Shown: positions 60,213 to 64,000 of the stretch, in pieces
Layout of the letters: the number at the start of each line of letters is the position of its first letter
Numbering within the stretch: the stretch's first letter is position 1
DNA from: Candidatus Kryptonium sp.
GTDB lineage: Bacteria; Bacteroidota; Ignavibacteria; Kryptoniales; Kryptoniaceae
Assembly: GCA_025060635.1 (NCBI GenBank)
Contig: JANXBN010000001.1
Coordinates: 565,284-629,283 of the forward strand
Direction: 5' to 3'
Length of the DNA: 64,000 nt
Program-made: the position numbers and the translations under genes
The notes under the pieces: model-generated
What the model was told of the DNA's origin: nothing
The model's input: only the letters and a program-made list of their open reading frames with translations
Database searches by the model: none

Positions 60213-60956
60213 ATGATTAAAGGAATTTATGCTTCCGCAATTGGTATGATACCAAATAAATTGAAGATTGAAATCATCGCAAATAATCTTGCTAACATTG
60301 ATACAACAGGCTTTAAGAAGGATGATATCTTCATAAGAATTCTTGAAAACGCCGTTCTTGATATTAATAAAAGCGGAGGAGATGAATTAAGCGGACTTTT
60401 GATAACGAAATATACAAGTTTTGAACAAGGAAATTTGAAACAAACTGGAAATCCGTTTGATCTTGCTTTAAATGGTAAAGGCTTTTTCGTTATTCAAACG
60501 CCAAATGGTTTGAGATACACAAGAAATGGAAGCTTCACAATCGCTGAGGATGGAACAATTGTTAACTCTAATGGTCACGCCTTAATTGGATCAAACGGGG
60601 CAATAAAATTTCCAGATATTACGAAGTTGGAAAATCTTGAGATAAAGATCACAAAAAATGGTGAAATTTATGTTGGGGATAGACTAATTGATAAAATAAG
60701 AGTTGTATGGTTTGAAGATTTGTCAAGATTGAAAAAGGAGGAATCAAATTATTTCTTTGTTGACGAAAGCTCAGGCGAAGTAGAATTGGCAAAGGAATTT
60801 GAAATTTTTCAGGGGTTCCTTGAGGGATCAAATGTAAATCCAATTGAGGAGATGGTAAAAATGATTGAGGCGAGCAGAATTTATGAGGCAAATTATAAAA
60901 TGGTTCAACATCAGGATGAAACTCTTACAAAGATAAATGAAGCTGGAAAATTGTAA
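60213..60956 (+). CDS. flgF: Flagellar basal-body rod protein FlgF
   Basis: IANNLANIDTTGFK, TGNPFDLAL.G.GFF, YTRNGSF, QGFLEGSNVN. Confidence 0.9.
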   Translation: MIKGIYASAIGMIPNKLKIEIIANNLANIDTTGFKKDDIFIRILENAVLDINKSGGDELSGLLITKYTSFEQGNLKQTGNPFDLALNGKGFFVIQTPNGLRYTRNGSFTIAEDGTIVNSNGHALIGSNGAIKFPDITKLENLEIKITKNGEIYVGDRLIDKIRVVWFEDLSRLKKEESNYFFVDESSGEVELAKEFEIFQGFLEGSNVNPIEEMVKMIEASRIYEANYKMVQHQDETLTKINEAGKL

Positions 60957-60966
60957 GGGAGGAAAA

Positions 60967-61158
60967 GTGCTTTATTTAACAAGTTACAAAAATGGTGAAA
61001 AGTTTTATTGTAGCATAAGGTTTTCTGGAGATGGTTTTGAGGTTCAAAGTTTATCCAATTCCTTTTGGAAAGCGTTGTTAATTTGCTTTGTTAAAGGTTT
61101 GATCTTTGAAATGAAATTAAAACTAAAAAAGATATTCAGGATATGGAAAGAGCACTGA
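60967..61158 (+). CDS. Small hypothetical protein (63 aa) between flgF and flgG
   Basis: GGAGG 5 nt before GTG 60967; open frame fills the whole gap and overlaps the flgG start. Confidence 0.5.
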   Translation: MLYLTSYKNGEKFYCSIRFSGDGFEVQSLSNSFWKALLICFVKGLIFEMKLKLKKIFRIWKEH

Positions 61159-61937
61159 GGACAGCGGCTTCTGGTATGTTTGCGCAACAAATTAACATTG
61201 ATATTATTGCTCATAATCTCGCAAATGTTAATACGACTTCTTTTAAGCGAAGTAGGGCGGAATTTCAGGATTTGATGTATCAGATTCTTAAAGCTCCGTC
61301 TTCTTCATCGGCGCAAGATAGAGGCGTTGAAAATGTGTCAGAGATACAAGTTGGAACTGGTGTTCAAACAGTTGCAACTTTGAGAGATTTCAAGCAAGGC
61401 GATCTTCAACCAACCAATAATCCGCTTGATATTGCAATAAATGGTGAAGGTTTCTTTCAAGTGAGGAAAACAGATGGCACAATCGCTTACACACGAGATG
61501 GCTCTTTTAAACTTTCAAGAGATGGGCGACTTGTCAATTCGTCTGGATATGTGCTTGAACCTGAAATTATAATTCCAGAGACAGCAGTTGCAATAAGCAT
61601 AAGCAGAGACGGAATAGTGGAAGTATTAAACGCAGGCGAGACGGAACCAATTGAAATTGGTAGAATTGAACTTGTAAGGTTTGTTAATCCGGCAGGATTG
61701 AGAAGCATTGGAAATAACCTTTATGTTGAAACTCAGGCATCTGGGCAACCGATTTTTGGAACGCCAGGTAGCGAAAGCTTTGGGGAACTAATGCAAGGTT
61801 ATCTTGAAGCTTCAAATGTTGATATAGTTGAAGAAATGGTCAATATGATAATTGCTCAGCGTGCTTATGAAATTAACTCAAAGACGATAAAAACCGTTGA
61901 AGAAATGCTACAAATGGCAAACAATTTGAAACGATAA
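61143..61937 (+). CDS. flgG: Flagellar distal rod protein FlgG
   Basis: RAL.TAASGM.AQQ, NLANVNT..FK, LDIAI.GEGFF, QGYLEASNV.IVEEMV.MI.AQRAYE.NSK. Confidence 0.97.
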   Translation: MERALRTAASGMFAQQINIDIIAHNLANVNTTSFKRSRAEFQDLMYQILKAPSSSSAQDRGVENVSEIQVGTGVQTVATLRDFKQGDLQPTNNPLDIAINGEGFFQVRKTDGTIAYTRDGSFKLSRDGRLVNSSGYVLEPEIIIPETAVAISISRDGIVEVLNAGETEPIEIGRIELVRFVNPAGLRSIGNNLYVETQASGQPIFGTPGSESFGELMQGYLEASNVDIVEEMVNMIIAQRAYEINSKTIKTVEEMLQMANNLKR

Positions 61938-61957
61938 AAAATTAGTTTAAGTGTAAA

Positions 61958-62656
61958 GTGCTTTTGATAGTTATAAAAATCTATCTGATCATTTTGCTTC
62001 AAGCTCCAAGTTCTGGATTTAGCGAAAAGCTCAAAAACGAGATAGTGAACTATCTAACAAAAAAATTTTCAGATAGACAAGTTGAATATTTGGTTGAATT
62101 GAAAAGCAAATTTACAAATTTCGGAAATTTTGAGAATTGCGATGTTAAAGTTATTCAAGGTCCCGATGACTTCAGAGGATATCAAACATTTAAAGTCAAA
62201 GTTTCAGGCAAAGATGGTTCAAAGGAATTTTTTGTAAGTGCACTTTTGCGAACTTTTGAGAATGTCGTCGTTGCAAGAAGAGATCTAAATCGTGGTGAAG
62301 TCGTAGATTCAGGGAGAGTTTTTGATTTATTTTCGTTTGAAAGAATTGAGACAACTTTTTTGAAAGACGGTTATTTGTGCAGTGTTTCGGGAGTTTATGG
62401 TAAGAAGCTTAAAAAAGCGGTAAGAAGAGGAGAGATAGTTTTTGAAAGTTATTTTGATGTCTTACCTCTTGTGAAAGGCGGTGAAACAGTTCGTGTGATT
62501 GCGAAAGTGGGAAATGTCAAAGTTGAAACGATGGGAATTGCCAAGAGCGATGGACATTTGAATGAAATTATTATGGTTGTTAACCCGAGATCTGGAAAGT
62601 TATTCCCAGGTAAGGTCGTAAGGAAAGGTGTTGTTGCAGTTGAGATTGAAAATTAA
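61958..62656 (+). CDS. flgA: P-ring chaperone FlgA
   Basis: VVVA.RDL.RGE, PLVKGGE.V, VETMG.A..DG...E.I.V.N..SG. Confidence 0.88.
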   Translation: MLLIVIKIYLIILLQAPSSGFSEKLKNEIVNYLTKKFSDRQVEYLVELKSKFTNFGNFENCDVKVIQGPDDFRGYQTFKVKVSGKDGSKEFFVSALLRTFENVVVARRDLNRGEVVDSGRVFDLFSFERIETTFLKDGYLCSVSGVYGKKLKKAVRRGEIVFESYFDVLPLVKGGETVRVIAKVGNVKVETMGIAKSDGHLNEIIMVVNPRSGKLFPGKVVRKGVVAVEIEN

Positions 62657-62670
62657 AAGGTTATATAAAA

Positions 62671-63234
62671 ATGTTTATACTCGTTTTTCTATTGGTGGCT
62701 TTGAGTTCTGTTAATTTATTTAGTCAGGAAGTGATACAGCGTTCGCTTTTTTCTGATCAAAAGGCGTTAAAGAAAGGTGATGTAATAACAGTAATAATAA
62801 TTGAAGTTTCATCTGCCGAAAGCAAAGCTGAAAGAGATGCTTCAAGAGGTGGTTCTATAAACGGTTCTGTTTCAGGAAGCGGAGCGCTTGGATTTATACC
62901 TGAAAGTGGATTTTCAATATCAAGTGGAAATGAATTTAAAGGTCAGGGAGCAACCTCAGCAAGAGGAGCTGTTAAGGCTAAGCTTAGTGCAAGAGTTGTC
63001 GGAATTGATTCATCAGGTAATTTGATAATTGAGGGGAAAAGAAAGGTAAATGTTAATGGAGATGAACAGATAATCAAATTAAGAGGGATTGTAAGACCAA
63101 GCGATGTAAACTGGGATAATACGGTTTATTCGTATAACATCGCAGATGCAGAAATTGAGTTTACTGGAAAAGGAATGATTTACAGAAGTCAAAATCCAAG
63201 TTGGATCACGCGATTTTTGCATTGGTTGTTTTAA
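62671..63234 (+). CDS. flgH: Flagellar L-ring protein FlgH
   Basis: SLFSD.KA...GD.ITV.I.E, GNL.IEG.R...VN, G.VRP.D...NTV.S..IADA. Confidence 0.93.
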   Translation: MFILVFLLVALSSVNLFSQEVIQRSLFSDQKALKKGDVITVIIIEVSSAESKAERDASRGGSINGSVSGSGALGFIPESGFSISSGNEFKGQGATSARGAVKAKLSARVVGIDSSGNLIIEGKRKVNVNGDEQIIKLRGIVRPSDVNWDNTVYSYNIADAEIEFTGKGMIYRSQNPSWITRFLHWLF

Positions 63235-63263
63235 ATAGGTAAAAATTAAATTTTTCGGCGTAT

Positions 63264-64000
63264 ATGAGAGCGCTAATTTTAGTTTTTCTTATCTTTCAAA
63301 GTTTGAGCTTCGGAACGAGAATAAAAGATATTGCTTATATCAAAGGTTCAGGAGGTTATCAAGTTATTGGTTATGGACTCGTGGTTGGATTAAATGGGAC
63401 GGGCGATTCAAGAAGGGCGAGCTTTACAATTCAATCTGTTGTAAGTATGTTGAGAAGATTTGGTATAACTGTTACAGATGAAAATTTGAGAACCAGAAAT
63501 GTTGCAGCGGTGATGGTTACCGCGACAATACCATCTTTTGCAAAGGAAGGAACAACAGTTGATGTAATTGTTTCTTCAATTGGTGATGCAACAAGTCTGC
63601 ATGGTGGAAGTTTGCTTATGACTCCTTTGATTGGTCAAGATGGTTTGGTATATGCTGTCGCTCAAGGTCCTCTTTCAGTAGGTGGTTTTGATGTGAGAAC
63701 AGCGACTGGAACAGAATACAGAAGAAATATCACGACAACAGGGCGAATTCCGAATGGTGCGATAGTTGAAAGAGCCGTTTCCACAGGTTTCTTTAAGTCA
63801 AATTATAAAATTGAGATAGTCCTTCGCCAACCTGATTTCACAACTGCGAAAAGGATCGCTGATGCTGTGAACTCAAAATTTAACTCAAGCATAGCTTTTG
63901 CAGTTGATGCCTCCGAAGTTGTGGTTAATGTTCCAGATGAATTTAAAGCAGATGATAAAATCGTTGATTTCATTTCTCAAATTGAGAGCATAGAAATTAA
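63264..64000 (+). CDS. flgI: Flagellar P-ring protein FlgI (3' truncated by window edge; not in the ORF track)
   Basis: Translated by hand: RIKDIA..., GYGLVVGLNGTGD, NVAAVMVTA, SIGDATSL.GG.LL.TPL, GRIPNGAIVER, DFTTA. Confidence 0.93.
   Translation, partial: MRALILVFLIFQSLSFGTRIKDIAYIKGSGGYQVIGYGLVVGLNGTGDSRRASFTIQSVVSMLRRFGITVTDENLRTRNVAAVMVTATIPSFAKEGTTVDVIVSSIGDATSLHGGSLLMTPLIGQDGLVYAVAQGPLSVGGFDVRTATGTEYRRNITTTGRIPNGAIVERAVSTGFFKSNYKIEIVLRQPDFTTAKRIADAVNSKFNSSIAFAVDASEVVVNVPDEFKADDKIVDFISQIESIEI

Overview
A roughly 35% GC (estimated by eye), K/E/I-rich chromosomal window. It has housekeeping genes of FCB-superphylum type (PorV-family protein, prs-rplY-pth-rpsF-ssb-rpsR-rplI, DUF819) and two flagellar clusters. 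This is consistent with a thermophilic Kryptonia/Ignavibacteria-like bacterium (inference). Contents: a metabolic/housekeeping block (1-20 kb); a sigma-28 flagellin cluster (glycosyltransferase <- -> fliC-fliS-fliD-flaG-fliT-like-flgM, 20.0-25.5 kb); cell-wall and translation genes; three tRNAs (Val-CAC, Gln-TTG, Val-TAC); an isolated wzc + RfaH-like antiterminator pair; and a flhF-flhG-fliA-HDOD-kinase-flgFGAHI operon running off the right edge. No CRISPR array, transposase, integrase or rRNA was seen. The flagellar regulatory hierarchy can be read from the DNA: three sigma-28 promoters, two sigma-54 promoters and a CsrA-type hairpin. The most striking unexplained signal is a pair of GC-rich boxes, CCCCGCCGTA and AGCACCTCC, that recur at three intergenic sites. 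These are (i) a sigma-54-driven, ~130-nt, strongly terminated candidate sRNA (31841-31971, minus strand), (ii) the flgM 3' UTR just before its terminator, and (iii) the translation-initiation region of the RfaH-like gene, where the mRNA carries their exact complement. This suggests an undescribed sRNA circuit coupling flagellar expression to surface-polysaccharide antitermination. It is a hypothesis that needs computational and experimental testing.
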